Shown here: in pieces, positions 63,400 to 64,000 of the stretch
Layout: every line of letters starts with the position of its first letter
Position numbering within the stretch: position 1 is the first letter of the stretch
NCBI GenBank assembly: GCA_047495785.1
Contig: JBLDXI010000055.1
Span: 1,922,001-1,986,000 of the forward strand
Origin: Lepidodermella squamata
Taxonomy: Eukaryota > Animalia > Gastrotricha
Direction: 5' to 3'
Length of the DNA stretch: 64,000 nt
Made by a program: the position numbers and the translations under genes
Notes under the pieces: model-generated
The model's database searches: none
What the model was told of the DNA's origin: nothing
Seen by the model: only the letters and a program-made list of their open reading frames with translations

Positions 63400-64000
63400 T
63401 ATATTTCTTTAGTAAATTATTTCCTCCTTATAGAGCGTCTTTATTAGACCGCTTTACTTGCGATTTATTAAGTAAAGAAAATAAAGACATTTGCGATATT
63501 AGTCAGTTTTACTCCAACCAGCTTGTTCGTGTGGATGCCGCTGCGCGAGCCCGATAATGTCTTCCACAAATGACAACAAATAAAATGATTTATTTTGCGT
63601 CCTCTAATGGAATATAAGTACAACAAATTCCAGAATACCCATGCGGGTTTTGGGGACGGCGACGGGCGGTCAGCTCGAGTCCGAGGGATCAGTCGCGAAC
63701 AGCCTGCTTTTATTATAAAATTCATAATTTTCTCTAGTTAGGCAAGCCAACTGCCATTCATCTCAATTTCTGGCTGTGATTTCAGCTAATTCCCAGTCAG
63801 CTACTATTTTGATTTTGGTGCGTCGCAAGTTTAAGGTCGATTTCCTGGGCCTTTCCCGCTTTTTCGGTTCATTTGGATTTCTTATCCTTATGATACCAAT
63901 ACCAATACCAATGCCAATTTTTATCAGACTTCGTCCAACACAATTTATCTCTACAATGTCTTCTAATGTCTTCTACAAGTATACTGTCCGAGATCCTTCT

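Noticed and set aside
1-64000. CRISPR arrays, rRNA, tRNA, snRNA/SL RNA, conserved miRNAs
   Set aside because: None were recognised by eye. A tRNAscan/Infernal run is needed to exclude them.

Overview
Eukaryotic, not prokaryotic, DNA from a compact invertebrate-type animal genome (GT-AG introns mostly 50-65 nt; organism not identifiable by eye). Gene order: VPS13A/C-like (+, 5' end outside window); a single-TM ankyrin-repeat protein (-); KIAA1328/hinderin (-); FLVCR-type MFS transporter (+); a tight minus-strand cluster LAMTOR5 > EXOC2 > TMEM35/NACHO > PWWP-IBD (LEDGF/HDGFL2-like); SHANK (+) tail-to-tail with DCC/neogenin (-); TMEM79-like (-). There are four non-autonomous DNA transposons (two hAT-type with 8-bp TSDs, two TA-flanked MITEs) and one two-copy dispersed repeat. 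The most notable structure is a candidate bicistronic LAMTOR5-EXOC2 unit. The ORFs are 13 nt apart, the LAMTOR5 ORF has no internal AUG in any frame, a 2-codon uORF abuts its start, and its stop codon doubles as a possible 3' splice site. Other leads are a polybasic/di-Cys cassette exon in VPS13, candidate microexons in SHANK and DCC, a SAM-less SHANK and a higher-order ankyrin repeat. All gene models were spliced by hand and family calls come from remembered motifs, not database searches.
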